From the IMG/VR virus record IMGVR_UViG_3300020034_000008, positions 10,331 through 74,330 of that record: DNA of 64,000 bases; one strand, written 5' to 3'. Below are positions 17,474 to 27,482 of the stretch, in pieces (within the stretch, counting starts at the first letter, position 1; each line of letters opens with the position of its first letter). The notes under the pieces were generated by a model. The model worked only from the letters and a program-made list of their open reading frames with translations. It was not told the origin of the DNA and did no database searches. Source of the DNA: a virus. Made by a program: the position numbers and the translations under genes.

Positions 17474-18139
17474 ATGGCTTTAGTTGCGAATGTTCCTATC
17501 ATTGATGCCCCTCACCCTGGCATCAACGAGTCTATTCTTCAAGAATCTCCAATTCTATTGGAGGTTCCGCTGGCGATGCCTGATGATGACACAACTGCCT
17601 ACGTCTTTACTGGTGCAGGCCAGTCTGGACTTCCGCCTCGTACTGTTACAGTGCTTCGTCACACTGGTGGCGATATTACTAACACTGTCAACGCGAACTG
17701 GGCTGTTAATAACGGTGATACTATTCTGTATCAGGTTGATGCTGGAGGAACTGGCAAGTTTGTGCAGTTTACGCACGCACTAGCCGGTGTTACCAACGGC
17801 GCCGCTACCGCTGTTCAGGTTGCTGCATCGCTAAATGCTGATACAACGTTCAAGAAGACTGCTGTTGCTGTTGCTGGTTTGACAGCCAATAGAGTTTCTA
17901 TTTTCGCAACATTGCCACGCTCTGCCATTCGTGTTGTTGGTGGTACGGCGCAAACTGTTATTCTGTTCCCAGGAACGGCAGCAGATTACCAGGCTCGCAC
18001 CTATGTGTCACAGTCAGTGTCTGTAATTGCTGGCGGTACAGGTTGGTCTTGGTCTTATGCTGCTGCTACTAAGACTTTGACTGTACAGAATGAGACAGGT
18101 GGTGCTGTTAACCGTGTTTTGATTGTGATTGAGCGTTAA
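17474..18139 (+). CDS. putative head decoration/structural protein
   Basis: Follows the capsid gene; AAGGAG RBS; ATAVQVAASLN-type beta domain. Confidence 0.6.
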   Translation: MALVANVPIIDAPHPGINESILQESPILLEVPLAMPDDDTTAYVFTGAGQSGLPPRTVTVLRHTGGDITNTVNANWAVNNGDTILYQVDAGGTGKFVQFTHALAGVTNGAATAVQVAASLNADTTFKKTAVAVAGLTANRVSIFATLPRSAIRVVGGTAQTVILFPGTAADYQARTYVSQSVSVIAGGTGWSWSYAAATKTLTVQNETGGAVNRVLIVIER

Positions 18140-18169
18140 ACAACAGTATATTGAACAGGAGTACATGAA

Positions 18170-18505
18170 ATGGCGTTTACTAGACGACAGCAGCATACTG
18201 CTGCTAAATCGACAGAACACGAAGCTGTAGAGCCACACGATGATGATGCTGTTGCTACTGCTGCTGAATTGTCTGATGATGAAGCATCTGAAACACCGAC
18301 TGCAGCCAAGTCAGAGCCTAAGATCGAAGAGATTGAAGTGGCTGACGTGGTTGCAGTAGTTGAAGAGAAACTTGTAACAATCGTACCGCACGTTACGCTT
18401 ACATCGTGTCGTATTGGGCCGAAGATGTACTCTTTTCTTAAAGGTGTTCCTGTTAAGGTCCCAGCTGGTGTTAGAGCACATCTTCAGGAAAAGGGTATTT
18501 GTTAG
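18170..18505 (+). CDS. hypothetical head-region protein
   Basis: Acidic disordered N-terminus plus a small C-terminal domain. Confidence 0.7.
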   Translation: MAFTRRQQHTAAKSTEHEAVEPHDDDAVATAAELSDDEASETPTAAKSEPKIEEIEVADVVAVVEEKLVTIVPHVTLTSCRIGPKMYSFLKGVPVKVPAGVRAHLQEKGIC

Positions 18506-18546
18506 TTCTCTAGTTTTATTAACCTCTCTACACGAAAGGCTATACG

Positions 18547-20010
18547 GTGGGCATTGCTCAGTCTCTAGTTGCGCAGCTTAGACGCCGCGTAATGGATGAG
18601 CGTGTTAGCCGTGTAGCCTTTCGTTTGCAGTGCATAGACGAAGCAGCTACTGATTGTCTTATTAGTATCACTAATCGACAGTTACAGAGCAACGTTCTTA
18701 ATGGTCGTATAGCTGAAGATTTGGCTATAGACCTTGAAGCTACATCATCTTTCTCTGTTAAGCAGTTAATAGAAGCTATAAATGATACTCCTGGCTACAG
18801 AGCAGTAGCTGAGAGTGATATAGAGCCGAATCATCCTGCCGATGACTTAGAAATTGTCGGCAGTATGTCAATCGTTGATGAAGCTGCAACGTTAAAGCAT
18901 CATCTGTTTAGCGACGATGAGATGCTTGAAATTGTCGACAACGCTTGTCGACGACACAATGTCTCATATACTCCAGAAACTCTGCCTCAGAATGAGTTTA
19001 TATTCGTTCTGATGTTGGGCCACGCTGAGGTTTCTCGTAGGCTGGCTAGTGATGCAGCTAAACGGCGAAACCTTCAGAGCAGTGCAGACCAGCTTCTTGA
19101 GGTGGCGCGTGATTTAGAGGTTGCATATGCGAACGATATACGCAGACAGCAACGCGCGATCCCTGTCCCAAAGCTTGACGAGAATAAGGTAGACCAAGGC
19201 GATGTAGTTATTGGCACATTTTCGCGCCGGTCACCACGCAATGGCTTCATGGCTCCTCTGTCTAATGAAGGTTTGTTGACAGCCAGTAAGTTACTTGAGA
19301 TAGCACCTGACGATGTAGAAGATACAAAAGTTACTTTGCGTTGGGATCGAAACAGCGACATTAGATTTTACTCGTATGAACTTTGGCGTGACACTGTGCC
19401 TGATGTTCAGCGACAAGACACGTATTACAGATCAAATTATCACACATCTGAACTTCTTAGACTACAATTTAAGCATCCGTCTACATCGAAGTTAGTATAT
19501 AGGTCTTATGGCCCGTATAGTTCTAGAGATGCAAGTAGTTATATGTACCAGGCTGGTCAGTTAGCGACTACGTTTGTTGATGTAGGATCTGGTGATCAAG
19601 CTGGACAGGCACCCGACTCTGTTATTATGGCACCACCACTTGAGCCAGATACTGTTTACTATTGGCGATTGTATATAATTGGAATGAATTATGAAGTTGT
19701 GCCTTCTAATGTTGTGTCAGCTAAAACAAAGAGTCTTCGCGCTTTGTTCGCAATAACGACACCTATTACACCTATTTTAGGCTTGGCTGGCTCAACGTTT
19801 ACTGTGAAGGGTGAACGATTTGACTCTACAGTTGGTCTTACACTTGGCGGCAAAACTATTGTGCCAACAGTGTTGAACCCAACTACAATGACGGCTGTTG
19901 TTCCTACGTTTAATAGCCCAGCAGCTAAAGGCACGCGTTATGACGCTGTGCTGTCGTCTGCTAGTGGCTTAAAAGACGTGATTGTGCAAGCTTTTCAGTA
20001 TACAGGCTAA
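18547..20010 (+). CDS. putative head-tail adaptor fused to FN3 and IPT/TIG domains
   Basis: LRRRVMD...LFSDDE adaptor pattern; VTLRW...LEPDTVYYWRL (FN3); GSTFTVKGERF...TAVVP (IPT). Confidence 0.65.
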   Translation: MGIAQSLVAQLRRRVMDERVSRVAFRLQCIDEAATDCLISITNRQLQSNVLNGRIAEDLAIDLEATSSFSVKQLIEAINDTPGYRAVAESDIEPNHPADDLEIVGSMSIVDEAATLKHHLFSDDEMLEIVDNACRRHNVSYTPETLPQNEFIFVLMLGHAEVSRRLASDAAKRRNLQSSADQLLEVARDLEVAYANDIRRQQRAIPVPKLDENKVDQGDVVIGTFSRRSPRNGFMAPLSNEGLLTASKLLEIAPDDVEDTKVTLRWDRNSDIRFYSYELWRDTVPDVQRQDTYYRSNYHTSELLRLQFKHPSTSKLVYRSYGPYSSRDASSYMYQAGQLATTFVDVGSGDQAGQAPDSVIMAPPLEPDTVYYWRLYIIGMNYEVVPSNVVSAKTKSLRALFAITTPITPILGLAGSTFTVKGERFDSTVGLTLGGKTIVPTVLNPTTMTAVVPTFNSPAAKGTRYDAVLSSASGLKDVIVQAFQYTG

Positions 20011-20012
20011 GT

Positions 20013-20510
20013 ATGATTACTGTTAAAACAACAGGTGGTTGGGGTACCTTCGCTGGCACGATTAGCCAAGCTAAGGGAAAAATACGCACAGAAGGCAATA
20101 AAGCTGTAAAGAAATTAGCTGATGATGCTTATGGACATCTTGTAGAAGATATAGTTCTACAGCGGCTAACGTTGGCACCTCTGTCAGCACCATATGCTTC
20201 AACTAAGCCTCCTGGTAGACCAATACTCATGAATTCACAAGAGTATGTTTTACAACTTGGCGTACTTAAAGACCAAGGTGGTTATCGTCTAGGTTTAAAG
20301 AAGGGCTCAAAACTTAAAGGCGACGATAGCAGTCGACATGTAACGAGACGTCGTAATAAGGGTGCTTCACTAGAACAAGTGGCAACGTATCTTGAATTTG
20401 GTACTTCTAGAATGCCACCACGTCCGCATTGGCGTACTACAGAGGCGTGGGTAAAAACACAGGTTGGTGATAGGGGTTTAGACGTTTTGAAAGACGTCTT
20501 TAAGACTTAA
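20013..20510 (+). CDS. neck/tail completion protein (HK97 gp10-like)
   Basis: YLEFGTSRMPPRPHW motif. Confidence 0.75.
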   Translation: MITVKTTGGWGTFAGTISQAKGKIRTEGNKAVKKLADDAYGHLVEDIVLQRLTLAPLSAPYASTKPPGRPILMNSQEYVLQLGVLKDQGGYRLGLKKGSKLKGDDSSRHVTRRRNKGASLEQVATYLEFGTSRMPPRPHWRTTEAWVKTQVGDRGLDVLKDVFKT

Positions 20511-21274
20511 TGCCGTTCAATTCTGTAGACATAGCAGTTGGCTATGCTCTATTAGGCATTGACCCTGTTAAGCCTACGTTACAGACGGCTGATTTAGGTG
20601 GTATTGGTCGTGGTTTTAAGACCGCCGCTTTTGACGGTGTACGTGGCGACATGGCTAAGTCTCAGACTAGGCTTGGTAGTCGTCATATTTCGTTTAACGG
20701 CGTTAAGACAGAGATACCTGTGTTTAGATTTGCTACACGAGGTAGGCGTATTGTTGAAACGTGGCCATCTTTGTCTTTTGAGTTGGTAAACTTTAGTTTT
20801 GCACCACAACGCTACATATGGCGAGCAGATCAGTTTAGAGACCCTGTTTCTACATCGTTTAAGTCTTACACAGAGACTACTTGGTCTGGTAAGAAAATGC
20901 CAGGAGTAACAAAAGAAGGACCAACTTTGTTAAGTGTAAGAGACAATCCAGAGCCTTTTGATTTGATGTTTGAGGTCAGGTCTTGGTCTAAAGAGGCGAT
21001 TGAATCTTACGCATTAAATCGAGTTATACTTGAGACATTTCCAGCCCGTGGTGCTCTTAAATTTGTTCAGGAGAGTGGCGAACCTAAAGTATGTGAGATG
21101 GCTCTACAGTCCGTCATATGCATGGACGATGACGAGCCAACGCTTGAAGATTCCGAGAAGGCTGCTTTCTCGTGGGTTTACACTTATGTTGTTGAGACAT
21201 TCCTTGATAACACTGAAGTTGTAACCTTGAAACGAACTATCACACAACCAGAGTTAACTGTGGGGATTTTATAA
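20510..21274 (+). CDS. putative tail terminator
   Basis: Position before the sheath; WPSLSF...PEPFDLMFEV pattern. Confidence 0.55.
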   Translation: MPFNSVDIAVGYALLGIDPVKPTLQTADLGGIGRGFKTAAFDGVRGDMAKSQTRLGSRHISFNGVKTEIPVFRFATRGRRIVETWPSLSFELVNFSFAPQRYIWRADQFRDPVSTSFKSYTETTWSGKKMPGVTKEGPTLLSVRDNPEPFDLMFEVRSWSKEAIESYALNRVILETFPARGALKFVQESGEPKVCEMALQSVICMDDDEPTLEDSEKAAFSWVYTYVVETFLDNTEVVTLKRTITQPELTVGIL

Positions 21275-21489
21275 TGGCTTTTGAAATTACTAATCAGACA
21301 CGCCAGCAGCATGTGTACAACCTGCTTAGTGGCAAGTCTATAACTCTTATGCCTGTTATGTCTACAGACACTACAGGTCGTACTGACGTGGCTATGGTTG
21401 CCGAGAGCGACGCTACGTCTTCTGATATTGTTAATGGATGTATTGTTGGTGATATTGCCATTCGGCAGATTCACACAGACCAAGATTAA
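21274..21489 (+). CDS. hypothetical protein
   Basis: 71 aa ORF coupled to the previous stop. Confidence 0.6.
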   Translation: MAFEITNQTRQQHVYNLLSGKSITLMPVMSTDTTGRTDVAMVAESDATSSDIVNGCIVGDIAIRQIHTDQD

Positions 21490-21538
21490 GTTAATTTTGT
21501 ACCGATAAATAGTCGGTACCAAACAAGGGAGTCTACAG

Positions 21539-23305
21539 ATGGCCGAAATGTTAAGCCCCGGTGTGCAGTTTACAGAGCCGCGCACGGCTCCCAACGATGT
21601 GCCCAGTGCATCCACAGCTGTTGGTTTGATGCTTGGCATTGCCGAACGTGGGCCAATCAATGATGCACAACTTATCGGTGACTTTGGTACCTACGTGCGA
21701 ATTTTCGGTAACTACTACCTTGGTAGCCCGCTGCCTGGAAGTGTTAAAGGATTCTTCGATAACGGCGGCAAGTCTCTGTGGGTTACTCGCGTTGGGCACT
21801 ATACAACGATCACTGATGCAACTACGCTCGATGCTGTTAAAGCTATTTATCAATTGCAAGGTGATGGTCCTGCGAATACAGCGCTTATCTCTGCGTCGTC
21901 ACATGGCCAGCACGGCAATGCTCTGTCTGTCACAACTGCACGAGTTAACACTCTGATTGCGAAAACAACGGCACTGTTAGCTGCGTCTGCGCAGTTGTCT
22001 GCACCTCTTGACGACGTTAGACGAGTTTACGTTGGTGCTCAACTTCTTCTTGCAGATGCTGGTACACCTTCACAGCACGCGCGTGTAGTTGTTACACGAG
22101 TTGATTCAGCTCAAAAGCTGGTATATTTTATATCAACTACGCCTACTGGTGCTATTGCGTCTGGTGGCACAGTTACTCTTGAAGAGTCTGACATATCGAT
22201 CTTGCGCGAAGGATCGTTTATTGAGAGAATTTCTCGCCTTGCTATGTCAACGTTGGCTGGAGAGTTATACTTCAAGGATAAAATCAACAATAAAGATCCT
22301 GTACGTCAGATTGAAGTTACAACTGACAGTGCGTTGGCTGCAACTAATGCCGTTGATCCTCGTCCGCTTGTTGTTACAAGTCAGCCACTAACTACTGGCT
22401 CTGACGGTACTACACCTAATGATGTTGACCATGTTGGAAGTTCTGCTTCTGCCACTGGTTTATACTCGTTTGATGTCATTAGCCAAGGTAATCTTTTAGC
22501 AATCCCTGGACGTCCTACACTAGCTGTGCATAACGGAATTATTACATACGCTGAAGCACGTAAGACGCTATTTGCTATTCTGGCTGTTAACAAAGGCCAA
22601 ACACCTATACAGGCTCTTACTTATGTGCAAACTACGGCTAATTTGTTCAGTGAGTACGCTGCTGTATATTATCCTTGGATAAAGATTGCTGATGCAACTA
22701 CTGGTCAGCTTGTTGACCATACTCCTGAAGGTATGATTATGGGTGACTACGCTCGCACAGACGCTACGCGCGGAGTGCAGAAAGCACCTGCAGGAACGCC
22801 GGATGGGCGATTGATTAATGCTCTTGGACCAGAACGTGTGCTTACTCAAACTGACCGTGATTTGCTGTACCCTGCCAACATTAACCCGATTATTGCACCT
22901 ACTGGGCAGGGGACGATTACGTATGGTTCGCGTACGTTGTCGTCGGGTGACTTCCGGCAGATAAACGTGCGCCGTGTGTTCCTCTTTTTCAAGTTGTCGT
23001 TAGATGCAGGTACAGCGTGGGTTGTGTTCGAAGAGAACAACTCACAGACTCGCGGTAAGGTGCGTAAGACTGTGGCCGCGTTCTGCTTGCGCCAGTGGCG
23101 CAAGGGTGTGTTGATGGGTGACAAAGCATCGAACGCTTTTATAGTTCAGTGTGATGAAGACAACAATCCACCTTCTGTAATTAATGCTGGACAACTCGTG
23201 TGTAGTGTTAGCTTGGCTGTTTCACGACCTGCCGAGTTTGTTACCTTTGAATTGCGACAGGATACGCGTAGCGCCGATGCAGAATTAGCGGCTGCTGGTC
23301 TTTAA
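21539..23305 (+). CDS. contractile tail sheath protein
   Basis: LSPGV, AERGP, GFFDNGG, AVYYPWI, YARTD..RGVQKAPAG, INVRR, WVVFE, PAEFV. Confidence 0.95.
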   Translation: MAEMLSPGVQFTEPRTAPNDVPSASTAVGLMLGIAERGPINDAQLIGDFGTYVRIFGNYYLGSPLPGSVKGFFDNGGKSLWVTRVGHYTTITDATTLDAVKAIYQLQGDGPANTALISASSHGQHGNALSVTTARVNTLIAKTTALLAASAQLSAPLDDVRRVYVGAQLLLADAGTPSQHARVVVTRVDSAQKLVYFISTTPTGAIASGGTVTLEESDISILREGSFIERISRLAMSTLAGELYFKDKINNKDPVRQIEVTTDSALAATNAVDPRPLVVTSQPLTTGSDGTTPNDVDHVGSSASATGLYSFDVISQGNLLAIPGRPTLAVHNGIITYAEARKTLFAILAVNKGQTPIQALTYVQTTANLFSEYAAVYYPWIKIADATTGQLVDHTPEGMIMGDYARTDATRGVQKAPAGTPDGRLINALGPERVLTQTDRDLLYPANINPIIAPTGQGTITYGSRTLSSGDFRQINVRRVFLFFKLSLDAGTAWVVFEENNSQTRGKVRKTVAAFCLRQWRKGVLMGDKASNAFIVQCDEDNNPPSVINAGQLVCSVSLAVSRPAEFVTFELRQDTRSADAELAAAGL

Positions 23306-23330
23306 TCTGTAACTTTACTAGGAGATATAA

Positions 23331-23363
23331 ATGTCACGTACCAGCGTTGAGACTAACAACTAA
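23331..23363 (+). pseudogene. orphan 5' remnant of the tail tube gene (MSRTSVE-TNN-stop)
   Basis: AGGAG RBS plus the same first 7 aa as the tube gene at 23996. Confidence 0.8.
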
Positions 23364-24016
23364 ACCATGCCGTTCGGTCTCATTAAACGAAGGTTTGGCA
23401 TAGAACGAGCGTGTGCTTGTGGCTGTGGTCTGCTATTACCAAAAACTGTCTATCACGGTAAGATGCGTGAGAAATATGGTAAATACCCGCGCTTTATAGT
23501 TGGTCACGCAACTAGAGATCCTAAAATAAAGTTGCTTATAAAAGGAAGACCAGACGTTATAAAGCAGTGGTTGATAGACAACGAAGGTAAGTTTAAGTGT
23601 CAGTGTGGAGGATGTGACAGAACTATTAAGTTACAACGAGACTACCACAGTAAAGGTGTGCCTCAATACGCGCATGGACACCACCCGAATAGTTCCAAAA
23701 GCTCTGCACAGTTGGAGTTAGGTATAAATACTATTAGGCGCAAATTTTTAATGGCAGACCGTGTAGACGCTCTTGTCAGGTATGACTATCTGTGCGCAGT
23801 TTGTGGGTGGGGTGGTAAAGATAACGTTAAATATTTTGAATTTGACCACATTGTTCCTATCGCTAAAGGTGGGCTAACATGTGCCGATAATTGTCAACCA
23901 TTGTGTCGTACATGCCACAAAGCAAAAACTAAACAAGATAACAAAGAACGAACCACCCATGTTGTTGGGCAAGGGTTTAGAGGAGCGTAGTATACATGAG
24001 TAGAACTAGCGTTGAG
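23352..24016 (+). mobile_element. HNH cassette inserted in the tube gene, bounded by the direct repeat AGCGTTGAG
   Basis: Repeat at 23343-23351 and 24008-24016; deleting 23352-24016 restores one in-frame tube gene. Confidence 0.7.
23367..23990 (+). CDS. free-standing HNH homing endonuclease
   Basis: Two CxCG(G)C...GH motifs; CAVC...FDHIVPIAKGG....DNCQPLCRTCH..KT HNH domain. Confidence 0.92.
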   Translation: MPFGLIKRRFGIERACACGCGLLLPKTVYHGKMREKYGKYPRFIVGHATRDPKIKLLIKGRPDVIKQWLIDNEGKFKCQCGGCDRTIKLQRDYHSKGVPQYAHGHHPNSSKSSAQLELGINTIRRKFLMADRVDALVRYDYLCAVCGWGGKDNVKYFEFDHIVPIAKGGLTCADNCQPLCRTCHKAKTKQDNKERTTHVVGQGFRGA

Positions 24017-24463
24017 GACCCCCTTAAGGTTTTTAGATTCGTTGTTGAGATCAACGGAATGGCTAAGGCTGGGTTCATGGAATGCTCTGGCCTTGAACGT
24101 ACCTCTGACGTTACAGAGTATCGTGAAGGTGGAGACAACTCTACTCCTCGCAAATCACCTGGCTTGTCCAAGTTCAGCGACATTACGTTGAAGCGTGGGC
24201 AGGTGATGGATGAGGGGCAGAATGATCTTTACAATTGGTCTCAAGAGGTGTTTGATGTCGAGTCTCTTGGTGTTGACGTGCGCGACTTCCGTCGCGATGT
24301 TGACATTGTTGTATTCGAGCGTGGCGGTTTGGAAGCTATTCGTTGGCGCGTACATAACGCTTTTCCGTCGCGATTTAAGACACCAGACATGAACGCTACC
24401 AGTAGTGACGATGCAATTGAAGAGATGGTATTGACATACGAGGGATTTCAGAAAGTCGTTTAG
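23996..24463 (+). CDS. tail tube protein (T4 gp19-like)
   Basis: DPL..FRFVVEI, GFMECSGL, EYREGG, PGLSKFSDITLKRG, NAFPS. Confidence 0.95.
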   Translation: MSRTSVEDPLKVFRFVVEINGMAKAGFMECSGLERTSDVTEYREGGDNSTPRKSPGLSKFSDITLKRGQVMDEGQNDLYNWSQEVFDVESLGVDVRDFRRDVDIVVFERGGLEAIRWRVHNAFPSRFKTPDMNATSSDDAIEEMVLTYEGFQKVV

Positions 24464-24526
24464 TTAAACGAAGTTTGACTGTTATTTTATTTGCACTGAG
24501 ATAGTCATGCACAGGAGAATTGACAT

Positions 24527-25354
24527 ATGGGCGACATGGAAAATACTGAAGAGACACCGGAGGACCAACCAGCGGCTTTAATTTCGCCGTTTTCTACTAA
24601 CGTTAAGTTTCCTTTAGATTTACCTGGAGGATACCTTGATGCTAGTGGAGTATTACATAAAGCTATTACTTTGCGCCCAACTACAGGCGTAGAAGAAGAC
24701 ATCTTGGTAGACGACGGTCGTACCGAAGTCAACAAAATGCGAGACGTTCTGGCTAACTGCCTCGTCAAACTTGGGCCATACGACGTTGCTACTGCTAAAG
24801 TAGGCGACGTTTACAAGGTGCTTGACGGTATGTTTGCTACGGATCGCGCTTTTGCGCAGATAGTGTTGCGTTGTATCTCTGTCCCTGAAGGTGACAAGAT
24901 TCGCTTCACGCAACACTGTTTGCAAAAAATGTGTGGCAAGGACTGGAATAACGTTCTTGATTTAAGCACGTTTCCTGTTAAGCCTATTGTTGAAGCTAAA
25001 GCAGAGTATGACTTTGTTCTTCCACAAAGTGGAGATAAAGTTAAGTTCCGGTTATTGCACGCTAGTGATGATCAGCTGATCAGTGAGTTGCAGACTCGCT
25101 ACCCGACACAGCTTGTGTCTGCTATCATGTGGCTGCACATGGTATCTATAAACGGCAAGAAGGTTCCTGCTCCTCGTGACTTGCAGAAGATGAGCAGCTT
25201 TGACCGCGCGTCTTTACGCAAGGTAATGGAGCAAGCAAACGGCGGGGTGGATTTGAGCTACAGCGCTCAGTGTCCTAAGTGTAGAAACGTTGTGCCAGGT
25301 GCTCTGAGGCTTGACAGTTCTTTTTTTCTCCTCTCGTCGGGCTCACCAGACTAG
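24527..25354 (+). CDS. tail assembly chaperone (T4 gp26-like/Mu gp41-like)
   Basis: LPGGYLD.G, TGVEEDIL, DRAF, C-terminal CPKC...FF; between tube and tape measure. Confidence 0.75.
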   Translation: MGDMENTEETPEDQPAALISPFSTNVKFPLDLPGGYLDASGVLHKAITLRPTTGVEEDILVDDGRTEVNKMRDVLANCLVKLGPYDVATAKVGDVYKVLDGMFATDRAFAQIVLRCISVPEGDKIRFTQHCLQKMCGKDWNNVLDLSTFPVKPIVEAKAEYDFVLPQSGDKVKFRLLHASDDQLISELQTRYPTQLVSAIMWLHMVSINGKKVPAPRDLQKMSSFDRASLRKVMEQANGGVDLSYSAQCPKCRNVVPGALRLDSSFFLLSSGSPD

Positions 25355-25575
25355 CTAGCTACGACGGAGAGCATGAGAATTTTACAGCGCTAGATTTAGA
25401 CATGTTGTTACTTGGCGTTAAGCTAAGGTGGCAACCAAGTGAGATAGCTGCATTAACATCTAAACGTAGAATGAAACTATCAAGATATTTGATGGCCCAA
25501 ACACAGAAAAACTCTGCACCAATAGAAGACACAAACAAGCGATCGAAGAGAGTGCTGTTTACACCACCTAAATAG
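25321..25575 (+). CDS. -1 frameshift extension of the tail chaperone
   Basis: In-phase slippery heptamer T TTT TTT (25321-25327); the -1 frame is open to TAG 25573-25575, 2 nt before the tape measure ATG. Confidence 0.8.
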   Translation, partial: FFSPLVGLTRLASYDGEHENFTALDLDMLLLGVKLRWQPSEIAALTSKRRMKLSRYLMAQTQKNSAPIEDTNKRSKRVLFTPPK

Positions 25576-25577
25576 AA

Positions 25578-27482
25578 ATGAATAGCTTCACATCCAGATT
25601 TGGTATTCTGTTCTACGCAGACACCAAACAAGCTGAGTCGGGCTTGCAAAGACTATCAGGCATGTTTAGTAACATGCATCTTAGTCTTATGGCCATGCAG
25701 AACATTTCTGGCCATGCCTTCTCAGCTATGTCTGACGCTATTATAGGGTCTGTTAAGGCTCTAGTTGGTACAGCGGCTGAGATGGAGAAGACAGAAGCTC
25801 TGTTTATGTTTGCTTTCAGGGACATGGGTGAGGACGCTCATAAAGTCTTTGAGGCTGCACAGGAAGCTGGTCTAAGGTCTATACAGACTACAAAAGAGAT
25901 TATAGATATTACCAAAGATTTAAAGCTCATGGGCAAGGTTAATATATTTGACCCAGAGATGCCTAAGCTTATGGACTCTACTAAAACCAAATCGTTAGAG
26001 TTAGTAGACGTTATTGGTGATATGGCATCTCAGCTTCAGTTTGGAACTCGTTCAGCTAAGTTCGGTTTGATGGCTTTGTTGAACGGTGACTGGAACTCAG
26101 CTAAGCGACACCTTGATCCGATTGCTGGCGTAATCAAAGAGTATAAAGCTGCAATGCAAGGCGCAGGAGATCAACAAGAACGACTACGTCGTATTGCTCC
26201 TCTGTTAGCTCGTGACTTCGGTGGCGCTGCCGATGCTATGAAGAGTACCTGGGAATTCATCTCAATGCAGATGACAGACATTGGGGAAAAGTTGCTGAAC
26301 ACATTCGGCAAACCAATGATGAATTCATTAAAAGTATCACTTCGTGAGTTTCAGAATTTCTTTGTTGGCAATCCTGATGGTATTATTCTTAAAGAGAATA
26401 TTCATCGATTAGATGCGATGAAAGATGTCTTTGCAGATATGGGCGAGAAGCTCGGGTTTGCTGCTGTGTTTGTCAAAGACGTGGCACTTGGTTTGTTTGA
26501 AATACTACGCACACATCCTGGCATTATAAAGATTGTAGCCCAATTTGCTATAGCTGCTACAATTTTAACTGGCATAATAGCTACTGTTATAGGTTTGAAA
26601 GTCGCCTTAATGGCACTTGTATATGCTGGTCCAATGGGGGCAATTATAGCTGCCCTATCATTAGGAGCATTTCTTATTGGTAAGTGGGCTGTAGGCGGTG
26701 AGGGGATTATAGACACCTTCTATAAATTTAGAATTGTGTCTATTGGCGTAATGGAGATCCTCTCCACAATGTCTGGGCATACAGCACAACTAAGCGAAGA
26801 GACAGTTAAGTTAGCTAACGAAAAAGGTGTGCTTGGTCTTATAATCAAGATCGGTATGTTTGCCTATCGTGTTAGTCGTGTGTTGGACGGCATCAAAGAC
26901 GCCATTATGAATAACATAGGTATTATTCAGACAGCGTTTATGCCAGCGTGGGAAGCTGTAGATGGAATTCTTGCTAGCTTAGGTATGAAAGCTACAACAT
27001 CATCTGATAAATGGCATGATGCAGGTAAAACCATTGGTGAAGTAATGACAGCTATAGCTGTTGCTATTGGTACTGTTGTCTCAGCTTTAGCTCAAATTAC
27101 TGCATGGATTGTAGAGAATAAACCTGCTTTAATGGTTGTTGCTGGCGCACTTGGTGTAATTGTTGCTGCTAAAACAGCAACATTTGGCGCTGGAGTTTAT
27201 GCAGGTTCAAAACTGGCACCTATATTAGATAAAGGTTACGGAGAGAAAGTTGAAGATGCCTTCTTCGGCGGCAAAGAACGCAAAGCTGAAGCTGAGGCTA
27301 CATCTGCAACTACCACAGAGTTAAGACAGAAAAGACAAGCAAGAAAAGAGGCAGGTAGTGCTAGTGGTACTAACTCTGTTATAAACATCCACAATTATGT
27401 AGACGGTGAGAAAGCTGCGCTTAAGCGCTACGAGATTGCTGGTGCTCGCGGTACGTTCAACATGACTCAGGATGTAGAGTAG
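25578..27482 (+). CDS. tape measure protein
   Basis: Helical Ala/Gly-rich 634 aa with central hydrophobic segments; canonical position. Confidence 0.85.
   Translation: MNSFTSRFGILFYADTKQAESGLQRLSGMFSNMHLSLMAMQNISGHAFSAMSDAIIGSVKALVGTAAEMEKTEALFMFAFRDMGEDAHKVFEAAQEAGLRSIQTTKEIIDITKDLKLMGKVNIFDPEMPKLMDSTKTKSLELVDVIGDMASQLQFGTRSAKFGLMALLNGDWNSAKRHLDPIAGVIKEYKAAMQGAGDQQERLRRIAPLLARDFGGAADAMKSTWEFISMQMTDIGEKLLNTFGKPMMNSLKVSLREFQNFFVGNPDGIILKENIHRLDAMKDVFADMGEKLGFAAVFVKDVALGLFEILRTHPGIIKIVAQFAIAATILTGIIATVIGLKVALMALVYAGPMGAIIAALSLGAFLIGKWAVGGEGIIDTFYKFRIVSIGVMEILSTMSGHTAQLSEETVKLANEKGVLGLIIKIGMFAYRVSRVLDGIKDAIMNNIGIIQTAFMPAWEAVDGILASLGMKATTSSDKWHDAGKTIGEVMTAIAVAIGTVVSALAQITAWIVENKPALMVVAGALGVIVAAKTATFGAGVYAGSKLAPILDKGYGEKVEDAFFGGKERKAEAEATSATTTELRQKRQARKEAGSASGTNSVINIHNYVDGEKAALKRYEIAGARGTFNMTQDVE

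Noticed and set aside
23352-24016. Group I intron in the tube gene
   Set aside because: The HNH ORF fills almost the whole insert, leaving no room for a ribozyme core, and the downstream gene has its own RBS and start
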